60,423 nt of DNA from positions 1 to 60,423 of the IMG/VR virus record IMGVR_UViG_3300025133_000111; one strand, written 5' to 3'. The stretch comes from a virus (lineage: Duplodnaviria > Caudoviricetes). This document shows, piece after piece, positions 27,831 through 38,321 of this stretch (the stretch's first letter is position 1; the number at the start of each line of letters is the position of its first letter). The notes beneath the pieces were generated by a model. That model did no database searches. It saw only the letters and a list, made by a program, of their open reading frames with translations, and was not told where the DNA came from. Made by a program: the position numbers and the translations under genes.

Positions 27831-30233
27831 TTACTCATCAAGAGAATCTAAAAGGCACTGAATTTGGCTCGGAACTCCCTCTATTGTTGCGTCTGGAGTA
27901 TCTGAGGATACCGGATCCTTATAAGTCTTTCTTGGAGGCATATTTCCCTCTCTAACCTCAACGCTCTGGCCTGCTAAAATCAACTTAGAGGTACTTTCGA
28001 GAGCTATATCTCCATCATTTCTAATTACCATAGGACTTCCGGTATTCATTCCGGCAATAACCAGCCCTTTTTTGCTTATAGAAATTATATAGTCCGAAGC
28101 ATTTGTTTCATCCGTGTCTTCCCCTAAGAATCCTTTGTGGTTTACGTTTACTCTTAGTTCGAATCGTCCTTCATTAAACTGATCGCCACTGGTACCTCCA
28201 ATGTTGAATAAAGCATCACCATCTGTCTGCACAACTAGACTTCTGTTATTTTTATCCTTCCCAAACCAAGCAATCATACTTCCTGCGGCATCCAAGAGAA
28301 TGCTTTTGCGATCATTATTGTCTGCACCTACAGAAACTTCCATTGAGCCTTCAAAATTTAAGTTTGCGCTCTTTCCGCCTGGAGCCTTTCTTTCCTCTCC
28401 CGAACTGTCAATATTCGTTGAAACAAACTCTCCTTGCTCGTTCTTACTTACAGAAAACGAGTTAGTATATGGAATATTTACCCTATCATCATTCTCATTA
28501 AATTCTTGTGTAAAATCTTGTCCCGCAACGAAGACTCCACCGCCAGGATCTACGGCTGGAGGGCCAGGAGACACTCCTACTGCCGCCATATAATTAACCT
28601 GTGTCGAGTCCTCTCCGTCTAAATCAAACGTCTCTGAGACTCGCTCAAAGGATTTATTAATCGAGTTTCCAGGAATATATCCAGTGCATTTTGCATTCTG
28701 AAATGGAATCAGAACCTCATTTATAGTATTGGCAATGAGCATTTCTGCAGCAGCATAGATATTATGATGTTTTGTCGGATTTACGCGTATACTTTCGGGC
28801 TCTGCAGCAGTCTGAGAGCCTAATCCTTGGAAATAATCATCATCGTTGGAATATCTAATTCCAGTAAATCTAGTTATTCCGTCTTCTTCTCCCGAGATTG
28901 CGTCAGCTGCAGATTCAGCTGGCAAAAGAACTCCGCTCTCTGCATCTCTAAGCGTAATTGGAATTTTTTCTTCTTTTCTGAACTCATATGTTGTTTCTAT
29001 TTTATCAGAAGAATCAGAGTAAAACTCTGCGAAGTTAGGATACGGAATATTTCCGGTATCTGAAGTTGCAGGAACATTTACCTTTAAAGTGCCTTCTTTA
29101 TCAATCGAAAAGATAAAGTTATCTTGATTATTTGAAATTTCATCAGAAAGAGTGTTTGTTGACATCTGGAAATGATATCCAAGTCCTCGTCTGGACTTAA
29201 GCCTTCCCTCTTCGTATGCTAGGGCAAAATTAGATCCGCCAGGATGGCCAGTAGAGTTTCCAATTACAACCCGACCATAGTTTGGATCCAAAGATTCTCC
29301 TCTTGCATTAACAACGTTTCCTGCAATCACCTCTATAAGCTGGTGAGGAGCCAAATGAAGAGCATTTTCTTGAGAAATAGATCTAATCTCTTTGTCAGAT
29401 GAGAACTTAGAAACCTTATCAGCTCTGACGAGCCCCGCCTCTACATCCCAACCTCTAAAAAAGTCTAGCTCAGATATTTCGTTAATGACAAGCCGATATT
29501 CAGATAACGCAGGATTCCTTTTTCCGCCAAATAAGCTGACTGGAGACGCCCTAAACCCTGGATAGATTCCTTTGGTCATTCCGTAATCTAAATTGTAGGT
29601 TAAGAGATCACTTCCAACATCGGCAACGCCACTTTTTTGAGTAAATCCAGATGGAACCCTAACTACGTCTCTTGAGGATATTCTGTGAGCAGTGCTGACT
29701 AGCTGAATAGAGTCAGATACCATTGTCGTGTTCGTTTTAGTAGAGTCTGTCTTCTGTACGAATAAGCCATTGCTGAGTTCGTTTCCTAAGAATATTCCAG
29801 ACCCAGAACCTCCAGACCCCATAAGATATATCTCAGAACCACCACCACCGATGACTTTAATCTCACCAGTTTTCATGTTTTTAATTGGATAGTCTGATCT
29901 TCCGGCAAGCGCATTGCGAGATGGCTGCCTGCCGGACGAAGCTGCATCTCTATCTACCTTCGGAATGACCCTTAGAGCTTGAATAATCCCCTTTCCGCCA
30001 GGGTAAACCCTGGTACATAGGACGGTATCTCCTATCTCAGGATGCTGGTATATGCCGGCATCACTGATTCCTCCATAATAAACAGGAGGAATAACGTAAG
30101 GATCGACACTATTTGTTGGATCCGTACTGATGATAAGATCACCAGTTATCAAATCAATATCTTTAATAAGAGCTTCAAATACTTTGAAGTTTGTAAGCTG
30201 GCCTTCGACGGCCTCTACGGATATACCACTCAT
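27831..30233 (-). CDS. Central baseplate spike (T4 gp5 / P2 gpV-like)
   Basis: 800 aa. N-terminal OB-fold-like AGIYQHPEIGDTVLC; C-terminal beta-helix-like repeats (SILLDAAGSMIAWFG, SLVVQTDGDALFNIG, VIRNDGDIALES); follows the hub gene. Confidence 0.7.
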   Translation of the reverse strand: MSGISVEAVEGQLTNFKVFEALIKDIDLITGDLIISTDPTNSVDPYVIPPVYYGGISDAGIYQHPEIGDTVLCTRVYPGGKGIIQALRVIPKVDRDAASSGRQPSRNALAGRSDYPIKNMKTGEIKVIGGGGSEIYLMGSGGSGSGIFLGNELSNGLFVQKTDSTKTNTTMVSDSIQLVSTAHRISSRDVVRVPSGFTQKSGVADVGSDLLTYNLDYGMTKGIYPGFRASPVSLFGGKRNPALSEYRLVINEISELDFFRGWDVEAGLVRADKVSKFSSDKEIRSISQENALHLAPHQLIEVIAGNVVNARGESLDPNYGRVVIGNSTGHPGGSNFALAYEEGRLKSRRGLGYHFQMSTNTLSDEISNNQDNFIFSIDKEGTLKVNVPATSDTGNIPYPNFAEFYSDSSDKIETTYEFRKEEKIPITLRDAESGVLLPAESAADAISGEEDGITRFTGIRYSNDDDYFQGLGSQTAAEPESIRVNPTKHHNIYAAAEMLIANTINEVLIPFQNAKCTGYIPGNSINKSFERVSETFDLDGEDSTQVNYMAAVGVSPGPPAVDPGGGVFVAGQDFTQEFNENDDRVNIPYTNSFSVSKNEQGEFVSTNIDSSGEERKAPGGKSANLNFEGSMEVSVGADNNDRKSILLDAAGSMIAWFGKDKNNRSLVVQTDGDALFNIGGTSGDQFNEGRFELRVNVNHKGFLGEDTDETNASDYIISISKKGLVIAGMNTGSPMVIRNDGDIALESTSKLILAGQSVEVREGNMPPRKTYKDPVSSDTPDATIEGVPSQIQCLLDSLDE

Positions 30234-30234
30234 A

Positions 30235-33200
30235 TTATATAACCGGCTTATTAAGCAAATTTGATGGAATATTTATTATTCCAACCTCTACGATACTGGT
30301 CTTATACTCTCTTGTAAAACTAAAAGCAGTAACCTCTTCTCTAATATCTAGCCAGCCACCCTGACTCGGGCCTCCCTTCGGAAAAATTCCTATCGCTTGA
30401 TCATCAGATAGTGTATCCAGCTGCTGGTCATGCTTGAGAGCAGAAAGGAGGTGTCTGTCTAAGCATTGAATTTGTCCAATTGAATTCTTATCCGTCTTCT
30501 TAAAGAAGGAGACTTGCTCAATAATCTTTTTTGGAGAAATCTTTGTAACAGGAATGCTGTTGGGAAGAACCATAGGCTTGGTAGTTCTCGTTCCCTCAAG
30601 TAGATCATCTCCTCCGGAAAATGGATTACTTTGTGCAATTTGAGCGGGGGATTCAAGCAAGGCTCTTATCGTCGCCATCTTCTGCTTAGCCTCTTCTATA
30701 CCAGCCGAGTCTTCTTCGTCCAAGGCAAAGCCTCTAATCAAAACATAATTGCTTCCAGACAAGCCTCCGGTCAAATCAAGCATCATATTTGTAAATCTGA
30801 CCTGATTATCATTAAATGCCAACAATTTAGCCTTGCTTGCATCGCTAGATGGAAACACAATTGACGAATCTGGATTTAACGGACGATAATTATCATCAGT
30901 CTCACTAGATCTGTATATCAAGGAGGGATCTTCTAAGAAATTAGAAACCATTTGTTGCCCAATGATGTCTAGCGGGCCAGGAATATAGTCTCCAGCTGGA
31001 TGACCATACTCTAGGTCTAATTTGGTCGAAAAAGAACTTCCAAAATTAAAGGTATGGGAAACACTCTTCACATAATAAAGAAGCCCCTTGCTTGGAACAA
31101 ATACTGTGTCGCCCGGCTGATAAAATTCATTTCCAGCAATGGTTACAGAGCCCATATTGATAGCAAACTTTTGCATTCCAAGCTTTAATATGGCATACGG
31201 CTTTGCCTGCCCTTTCGCATCACTTATGAAGGGGAGAGATTGCAGCGAAGGCTTGTATCCATACTGTCTCCACAAATCAAAGTCTGTTGCTCCAGCCCAA
31301 AAGTATAAGCCTTCAAATCCTCTGTTTAAACCGTCTCCGATAAGCGGTGCATCGCCCTTGATATCAAGCCTTGTAAACTCCGGAGGATTTTCAGAGAAGT
31401 TTGCGCTTATAATATATTCATCTTTCAGTATGAATCTCTTACCAGAGCCATATCCCAAGAGATTCCGCGTATCGTCTTCTATTAGATGATCATAGATGGA
31501 GCCCTCTGACATCTTTCCTGTCAAAATATCAGAACTTGTCTGAAGAGCATTTGCGCTTCGTTCCAAGAAGTCTACAACCTTGTCATTTATGTTAAGTTCG
31601 ATATCTCCAGGCTCTTCCCCAGTCTGCAAGAAGGTTTCTATCTCGCCAAGCTCACGCTGCTTCGCCAAATTTGCCTGGAGCATAGAGACAAAACTATCTC
31701 TATTGGAGATAGCACTTTTAAGCTTTGCAAGTAGTCCGTCATTTGAGAATATAGCTCCGCTTCTTTCTGATGACTCAGAAATGTTGTATGTAAAATGCTT
31801 ATCTTCAAAAGAATCACCAGCGGCAATAATACCTGTTGCTGGATCACGACCAAATTGCTTTTTAAACGAGTTTCTAATATTATTTAAATCAGATGCGGTA
31901 AATTGTACGGCGGGTGAGCCAGAGTTACCACCAACCTGAGTTTGTAGGTCATTTACTATGTTTAGCTGCTCCTGAACTATCGGATCAAAAATTCCTAAAA
32001 TCTTATCTGTATTGCCGCCTAAAACGTCTCCCTTCTGCTGAAAACTTGCGCCTAATTCTAGTCCATTTTCGTTTGGATCTCGCGTACTAAGCGGCCCAGC
32101 AGTGGGGCTGTTTGTTGAAAAGAGAGAAAGGGCCTTTGTTTGTGCAGAACCTTTTCCTGATTCAGGCCGGTTGGCCTGATTAAATACGCCAGAGGGGGCA
32201 TTGGGATCATTTTTAATGATCCCAAAGAATGGAAGAGACGCTGCGCCTCCAAGTTTCATATTGGGAATCAGATTTCTATCAGGATATTTACCAAGAAGAA
32301 GGGAAATTAGCGCTATCTTCAGATTTAAAGTATGAATCTGGAGATAGATTCCTTCAATTCTGGTTTGAAATAAATCAGTTACAAACCTTGGAATCATATT
32401 CTTATTTTCTTTCGTCTGCTTTTTAATAGACTCCTTCAATATGCTAAGAGGGATTCTATTCCACGGCGGCGGCCGAAACTCTAGATGTCCCTGAGAATTA
32501 CAGAAGAATTCTAAGTCTAGATAATTAGAGGCTTCGTTGCAAAGCTGCCAAGAATCCTTAAAGAGTCCATCAAACAGGTTCCATCCGCTTGTGTTTAGAC
32601 TCAAAATGAAGGGCCTAATGTCTGCAGAATCGTACTGATCAGATACCATAAAGAGGTTTCTGTCCCTGTTTAATCTTACATCTTCTATTTTTCTCTGAGA
32701 CCCAACAAGCATCATGGCTCTAGTCACATCATTATTCTCTTCGTCATCACCAGAAAGTGGAAGATTTGTCGCCCCAGATAGACTTATTTGGATGCCAACC
32801 TTATCTTTTGTAGTCACGGCGTTTGGAGAGGTCGTTCCAACCTTAATTTGGTTCCGAATAGCTCCGTCAATGGCCTCTATTTCCGAAGAAAGAGTCGATA
32901 TGAAAACATTTTCCTGAGGGGTCACTGCAGCGTTTCCTGATATATCTGCTATCTTCTTTCTTAAGAGAACTTTTCTATCCTGTAAGCTTCTGATGTTATT
33001 ATTCGCTATATCTCTACGTCCAGCGTTATTAAGCATCTGCTCTGTTGTGGCAGAACTCATAGTTAGCATTCGATAAGGCTGAAAATTGCCATAATAATTG
33101 TTCTGCTTTCTAACAGTATCTAGAACACCAGTGAGAGGATCTAGCGGGCTAAGCCTAGTAGACTTGTCTCTCTTGTTGTGAGCCACCAGCGCCTGCTCAA

Positions 33201-35379
33201 TAAAGCTCTCTATGTTATATGGCTGGCCCACAATTAATATGCTTAAAATATTTGGAATATCCAAGTTGTTTAGAACATTATTAGTTACAGTTACCTGATA
33301 TCTTTGAGCTGAATCAATATTATCTTGTCTCTCTCCGGTGGAATCTGCAGCCTGGAATCCGGCAGTAGCCGTTATAATTCCGGTTTTCCATCTATAAATG
33401 AATCCACTCGGATGCTGCATTACCTTCTTGCCACGAAGGGAACCCACTCCGTTATACTGTCCCTGCAGCAAGTTCCCCTCAGAAGCATTCTGTCCAGCAA
33501 ATAGTCCAGAGTCATAGCTTAACATTCCAGTCTGAAGAAGTTGTTTGTTTTCGTATAGAAGCTCTCTAGACCCTGGGATTATAGCGCCTTGATCATCTCT
33601 TGAGAAATCATAAGGGGTTAGCGGATCTTCCAAAACGCCTTTCGGATCGCTTAGGGCGGGCTGAACTGCGAATCTGCTCCATTTTAACCAAGACATATTA
33701 TCTGTACAAGATACGTTTAGATTGTGGAAGCCTCCAGAATAACTCTCTGAAACAGAAGTTACAAATCCACCGAAAACATGAATCATTCCGAATGAATTGT
33801 CCTGTCTGCGGCGCAACTCTCGATACTGATCCATCGACATCTTTTGATTTGTGTAAAGAAGATACTCGGCCTTTAAAATAGAATTATCTATATCTAAAAA
33901 TTCATCATCAAATGGTGATTCACTTATCTCCTCAGAGTAAGCTGACCCAGATTCCGTGTAATCAGAGAACGTTCTATTTCCCCTTATATAGAAGTGAACA
34001 GGGTCTGATGCATTAATAAAATTCTTTCCCAGATAAAAGGTTCTGAGTCTTTCTCTAATATAATCTGTATCTAGAGATCCATCTGCAGAGCCAAGACCGC
34101 CAAGCTCAAGGGCCGAAGAGATAGCGGATGATGCATCAAGCTGTGGCAAGGTTCCGGACATTCCCTCAGACCCAAGTCCTCCACTTAACAGCTCTGACAT
34201 AATCCCTAATGTTCCATACAAAGCCTCTTGTACAGCAGCTTCGATGTCAGCCTCCAATATCGTTCCGACTCTATACGGATACACCAAATTAAAGCTTGCG
34301 TTAGACGGATTAGAGTCATAATTAACATTTGTAGAAAAGCTATTAAACAAAGCCAACTCAATAACTCCAGTTCCAGGCCCAAGAGTGTAATTGTCCGGAC
34401 TATCAGGATCTACAATCCATCTAGTCAGCTGGCTATCTGTAGAAAAAGCATTTCGCTTAAGAACAGACGCAATATCCTCATTTATCTTATCATAGTTTTC
34501 AGAAGCCGATCCATAAGAGACTAAATCTCCCAGGTCGTTAAAGAAATCCTTGAGGGGATCTCCAGACAATCCACCTTGAGGCGATAAGGAATCCCTAAGT
34601 GCTTCGTTTGCACTTCCGGAGATAGAAGATGAGCCTGAGTAACCATCATAGTCTGCTCCAAATTCTGATCGCTTACTTGATAGTATCGCCCGAGCTTGAG
34701 AAGATGGAATATTTTTTAAATACTCGCCATTGGTGATGATTCTGTTTTTGTCTGGGTCAGTTACAAAGGATCCAGAGGCAATATCGAATGTGGCCAAGGA
34801 CTCACTTCCGGCAGAAAAGTCTTCAAAATTTTGTGTCGTGGTATCGAAAGACGTGGGGGACATATCCCTTCCTAGCCAAACCTCTAATCTCTCTGATATA
34901 TATTCTTCTTTAGTTTTTCCAAGCTTATCTGTGTCAAGAAAGGCTCCCTCTTTCAAAAGAGAAGAAAGAAGGTTCACGCTGTACATGTGGTTATCAGAGA
35001 AAAAGTTTTCGAACTTAGTCAGGCTCTCATATGCCCTTATCTGCTGAACCTTGTATGCAAAAAGAGCTTTTGTCGCTCGGAGCAACATCTTTTCTGTTTT
35101 ATCAATATACCTGATATCATTGATCCCGCTAAATGATGAAAAAACCTTCTTCTTAACCAAAATAGTGGCATCGGGGGACATTGCTATAATGTTTCGTGTG
35201 TCTGGGGTTATTGATGCGGAGTGATCTTGATCAAAAAAGATAGAAGCACCAGTATTCACAAGAGACGGATTATTCCCGCCGCTCAAGTCCACATGAGCAG
35301 GGTGAGTTCCTCCCATAATATCGGAAGCAGCCTTCAATAAGGTAGCTGATATATTTGCCTTTAATGTTTTATGAGCCAT
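30235..35379 (-). CDS. Baseplate hub protein (T4 gp27 / P2 gpD-like) with large insertions
   Basis: 1714 aa. Hub-like motifs VFGGFVTSVSESY...LNVSCTD, EFFCNSQGHLEFRPP and GSVTIAGN...PGDTV...YYVKSVSHTF...STKLDL. Confidence 0.8.
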   Translation of the reverse strand: MAHKTLKANISATLLKAASDIMGGTHPAHVDLSGGNNPSLVNTGASIFFDQDHSASITPDTRNIIAMSPDATILVKKKVFSSFSGINDIRYIDKTEKMLLRATKALFAYKVQQIRAYESLTKFENFFSDNHMYSVNLLSSLLKEGAFLDTDKLGKTKEEYISERLEVWLGRDMSPTSFDTTTQNFEDFSAGSESLATFDIASGSFVTDPDKNRIITNGEYLKNIPSSQARAILSSKRSEFGADYDGYSGSSSISGSANEALRDSLSPQGGLSGDPLKDFFNDLGDLVSYGSASENYDKINEDIASVLKRNAFSTDSQLTRWIVDPDSPDNYTLGPGTGVIELALFNSFSTNVNYDSNPSNASFNLVYPYRVGTILEADIEAAVQEALYGTLGIMSELLSGGLGSEGMSGTLPQLDASSAISSALELGGLGSADGSLDTDYIRERLRTFYLGKNFINASDPVHFYIRGNRTFSDYTESGSAYSEEISESPFDDEFLDIDNSILKAEYLLYTNQKMSMDQYRELRRRQDNSFGMIHVFGGFVTSVSESYSGGFHNLNVSCTDNMSWLKWSRFAVQPALSDPKGVLEDPLTPYDFSRDDQGAIIPGSRELLYENKQLLQTGMLSYDSGLFAGQNASEGNLLQGQYNGVGSLRGKKVMQHPSGFIYRWKTGIITATAGFQAADSTGERQDNIDSAQRYQVTVTNNVLNNLDIPNILSILIVGQPYNIESFIEQALVAHNKRDKSTRLSPLDPLTGVLDTVRKQNNYYGNFQPYRMLTMSSATTEQMLNNAGRRDIANNNIRSLQDRKVLLRKKIADISGNAAVTPQENVFISTLSSEIEAIDGAIRNQIKVGTTSPNAVTTKDKVGIQISLSGATNLPLSGDDEENNDVTRAMMLVGSQRKIEDVRLNRDRNLFMVSDQYDSADIRPFILSLNTSGWNLFDGLFKDSWQLCNEASNYLDLEFFCNSQGHLEFRPPPWNRIPLSILKESIKKQTKENKNMIPRFVTDLFQTRIEGIYLQIHTLNLKIALISLLLGKYPDRNLIPNMKLGGAASLPFFGIIKNDPNAPSGVFNQANRPESGKGSAQTKALSLFSTNSPTAGPLSTRDPNENGLELGASFQQKGDVLGGNTDKILGIFDPIVQEQLNIVNDLQTQVGGNSGSPAVQFTASDLNNIRNSFKKQFGRDPATGIIAAGDSFEDKHFTYNISESSERSGAIFSNDGLLAKLKSAISNRDSFVSMLQANLAKQRELGEIETFLQTGEEPGDIELNINDKVVDFLERSANALQTSSDILTGKMSEGSIYDHLIEDDTRNLLGYGSGKRFILKDEYIISANFSENPPEFTRLDIKGDAPLIGDGLNRGFEGLYFWAGATDFDLWRQYGYKPSLQSLPFISDAKGQAKPYAILKLGMQKFAINMGSVTIAGNEFYQPGDTVFVPSKGLLYYVKSVSHTFNFGSSFSTKLDLEYGHPAGDYIPGPLDIIGQQMVSNFLEDPSLIYRSSETDDNYRPLNPDSSIVFPSSDASKAKLLAFNDNQVRFTNMMLDLTGGLSGSNYVLIRGFALDEEDSAGIEEAKQKMATIRALLESPAQIAQSNPFSGGDDLLEGTRTTKPMVLPNSIPVTKISPKKIIEQVSFFKKTDKNSIGQIQCLDRHLLSALKHDQQLDTLSDDQAIGIFPKGGPSQGGWLDIREEVTAFSFTREYKTSIVEVGIINIPSNLLNKPVI

Positions 35380-35402
35380 AATAGTATTTTACTAATTCCG
35401 CC

Positions 35403-36404
35403 TTAGAAAGAGCCTCTTCTTTTGATCGGAACAGAGTTCGGAGCCTCCTCCACTACAGGTTGATCGTCAAAGCTTGAAGAGGTATGTCCCGCAGGGCCTA
35501 CTGAGTTATTTTCATCAATGACAAGGTTTCCGCCTCCTATATTATTACCAGAATCTATAGGAGGAAAAGATAGTCCTTCAACTCCGGAGCCTTGTCCTTT
35601 GGATTCTGTTGTGCCCAAACTTATTGTTGTTTCGTTATCAAATCCGGTAGGACTTCTATGCCAGGGCATGAAGTTAGACCTCTTGCCGGTTCTTCTTGTG
35701 ATTGTAAATCCAAAAGTATAATCAAATAGTCCAGGCTGAGTAGCAGATTCTGTCGTTGTAAAATTAGAGAAATATCCTCTAAAAAATTCTCCCTGATAAT
35801 ACATATCTATATTCGTAGCGAAAGCAGCAAGAGTCGCCACACTCTCAAATACGCCGGGCCTTCCAAGTCTGGCACCGACTTCTGTTCCGAAAATCAAGTC
35901 TATAGAGTTAGAAACTCCATCAACAATCTGCGTAAAGGCTCCACCTGTTAATAAATCTGATACATTAGAAAAAGATCCGAATGCATCGTCTCTTTTTGTC
36001 AAACTATTGGCGGCGTCTTTTGCGTCTTGTGCTGCAGCCTCTGCCATTTCTCGCTGTCGTCGTAACAGAATCCTTCTAAACTGTATTTGCTCGTGTCGAT
36101 AAATATCTCTAAGAACATTTATCCCCTCTATGCCAGCAGAGCCCGTAGTTCCATTGACCTGAACTGTAGGAAGCTCTTCTCCCCAATATTGAACAACATA
36201 GCCACCCTTTGTAAGGTCTGCCTTAACAAGCTTTTTCTCGTTAACAACGAAAGATTGGGGATTGATGTACATTTGTTTCTTATCCCAAAAAACCTCTCCA
36301 TCTTTTGACGCGGAATAAGGGTTTTGATCATTAACAAATGCATCCATCTCTAGTGGAAGAAAGAAGATTATAGTTTGTCTTCCGATTCTGTGTTGGTCTG
36401 CCAT
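35403..36404 (-). CDS. Tail tube initiator / baseplate tube-cap protein
   Basis: 333 aa. MYINPQSF...TKGGYVVQYWGEEL...VNGTTG and FRGYFSNFTTTESA...FDYTFGF suggest a tube-like fold; lies between tape measure and hub. Confidence 0.7.
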   Translation of the reverse strand: MADQHRIGRQTIIFFLPLEMDAFVNDQNPYSASKDGEVFWDKKQMYINPQSFVVNEKKLVKADLTKGGYVVQYWGEELPTVQVNGTTGSAGIEGINVLRDIYRHEQIQFRRILLRRQREMAEAAAQDAKDAANSLTKRDDAFGSFSNVSDLLTGGAFTQIVDGVSNSIDLIFGTEVGARLGRPGVFESVATLAAFATNIDMYYQGEFFRGYFSNFTTTESATQPGLFDYTFGFTITRRTGKRSNFMPWHRSPTGFDNETTISLGTTESKGQGSGVEGLSFPPIDSGNNIGGGNLVIDENNSVGPAGHTSSSFDDQPVVEEAPNSVPIKRRGSF

Positions 36405-36413
36405 TATAAGCTC

Positions 36414-38318
36414 CTATTGAATTTGTTTCTGAAGACTAGCAACGACCGCAACCTGTTGCTTGGCATCTTCCGTTAGAGAGACTTTTATAGACAAGTTGTC
36501 GTTTAAACTCTGTGTCATAGCCGCTGCTAATGCTGCGACAAAATCATCCTTATTTACAAACCCAGCCTCATTGATTGCAGCAATGCTAGCCGCTGTGGCT
36601 GCCGTTTCCGCCGCCAACACAACGATATCAGTATTCGCAGACAATGAAGCTGTGCCTGCCCTGGGTGATTTTGCTCCTGCGGCTGCTGGTGAGGTTTTTG
36701 GATCTGTGCCAGGATCTGTCATACCAAATTTATCTGCTCCAGCTCCAGCCAATGCAAGAACCTTTGTAAGCTGTCTATCATACGCTGCTACGCCATCCTC
36801 TGCATACTTAGCTGCCCTATCAATTGACGGATCTACAAAGCTTTCTCTAAGCAACTCTGCTCCGCCTCTTTGTTTCATTAGAGTTGGTCTGGCAATAACG
36901 GCCAATAGGTTTGAATGTGCAGCCAAATGCCTATTTGCTTTCTCAAATTCATCAAGAGTTAAATCTCTTCCCTCTTTCTCGTGCGTTAGCTGCTTTTCCA
37001 AGGAGGCTTTTGCATCAAGATCTCCAGCTCTAGTTGCATCATCAATCTGGGCTAATAATTCAAGCGTTCTATTTGCAGATGCAGCATCTTTTATTCCAAA
37101 CTGATTCTGCAATAACTGCTGCTGTGTATAAAACTGAGTCTGTAGCTCAGGACTCTTATCTGCCTGTTCAACTGTAACTATATTTCCGCCAGTAAAGGAT
37201 GCGAGAGTATCTCTCATTCCTTTTGCTAACTGTGTAGCCAAACTGGATTGGTCACCCGTTCTATCTGCTTTCAAAACTTCTGCCTGCAAGCCGATAGATG
37301 CGCCCAAAGCTCCACCACCGCCGCTTCCCCCCATCTCCAAACCACCTCTTTGGAACATAATATATGCATTTGCATAATCAGTGGTAAGGCTGGCTAAAGC
37401 ACTAGATAAGCCGGTAGTTAAATCCGTTGCATTTTCAATGCCGAGCCCCATATCCATCATAACTCTGGCAAATCCCTGCAAAAGTGGGACTCCGAAGTCG
37501 GCAGATATGCCAAGCTTAGTGAAGTTGCCAACGGCGCTGTTTAGATTAGAAGAAACATCATCAATGCTAAGGCCGGTCTCTCTGGCTACTCCAGTAAATA
37601 ATCCCATTATTTCCAAAGCATCTTGAGCACTTTTGCCCTGCTTATTTAAAGCTGTGTTTAGAAGGCCAGCGCCTTCCGTTACGGTAAGGCTACTCGCTGA
37701 AGCCAATGCCATCGTAGCAGCCAATAAATTGGTCCTACCAATGCCTGTATCTACAATCTTTCCCTGCTGTTCCAAGGTTATGTTTGTTCTGCCGGTTGCA
37801 TTCGCAAATGCAATCATTTCATCACGAGTTAAATGAAGTGCCCTAGCAAATGGGCTCATGGTTTCGGCTTTCATTACATCTGCAAATACAAATGCCTGTT
37901 CAATGGTGCCTCCGAACCTCTTATTTAAATCGAAAACTCCATCAGCGAAGCTTCTCACATCTCGCGAGGGAGCGTCGAAGAGATTAAAAGCCAGCTCTAA
38001 AGCATCACTGGCAACTCCTATGAATGTATCTAGAACATCTACGCTAAACCCTATATTCTTACCAAGGCCCTCAAAGAGTGGGCCTAGTGCGGGAGTCGCA
38101 GATAATATTGAAGTTACCGCAGTAACTCCACCTTTAAGTGCCGAGGTCAGTCTTAGGGCAGACGTTTCAAGGTCCCCAAAAGCATTAGTTATGCCACCTA
38201 CTTCTTTTGTAGTTTGTGATCCTAAGCGAGACAGACGCTCGATAGAGGAGGCAGCTTCAGTTAGTGCTTTAGACGTAGCATCAGCATCCGCTGTAATCTC
38301 TTTTAATTTATCGCCCAT
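36414..38318 (-). CDS. Tape measure protein
   Basis: 634 aa, Ala/Gly/Leu-rich and helical; canonical position directly after the frameshifted chaperone pair. Confidence 0.75.
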   Translation of the reverse strand: MGDKLKEITADADATSKALTEAASSIERLSRLGSQTTKEVGGITNAFGDLETSALRLTSALKGGVTAVTSILSATPALGPLFEGLGKNIGFSVDVLDTFIGVASDALELAFNLFDAPSRDVRSFADGVFDLNKRFGGTIEQAFVFADVMKAETMSPFARALHLTRDEMIAFANATGRTNITLEQQGKIVDTGIGRTNLLAATMALASASSLTVTEGAGLLNTALNKQGKSAQDALEIMGLFTGVARETGLSIDDVSSNLNSAVGNFTKLGISADFGVPLLQGFARVMMDMGLGIENATDLTTGLSSALASLTTDYANAYIMFQRGGLEMGGSGGGGALGASIGLQAEVLKADRTGDQSSLATQLAKGMRDTLASFTGGNIVTVEQADKSPELQTQFYTQQQLLQNQFGIKDAASANRTLELLAQIDDATRAGDLDAKASLEKQLTHEKEGRDLTLDEFEKANRHLAAHSNLLAVIARPTLMKQRGGAELLRESFVDPSIDRAAKYAEDGVAAYDRQLTKVLALAGAGADKFGMTDPGTDPKTSPAAAGAKSPRAGTASLSANTDIVVLAAETAATAASIAAINEAGFVNKDDFVAALAAAMTQSLNDNLSIKVSLTEDAKQQVAVVASLQKQIQ

Positions 38319-38321
38319 AAC

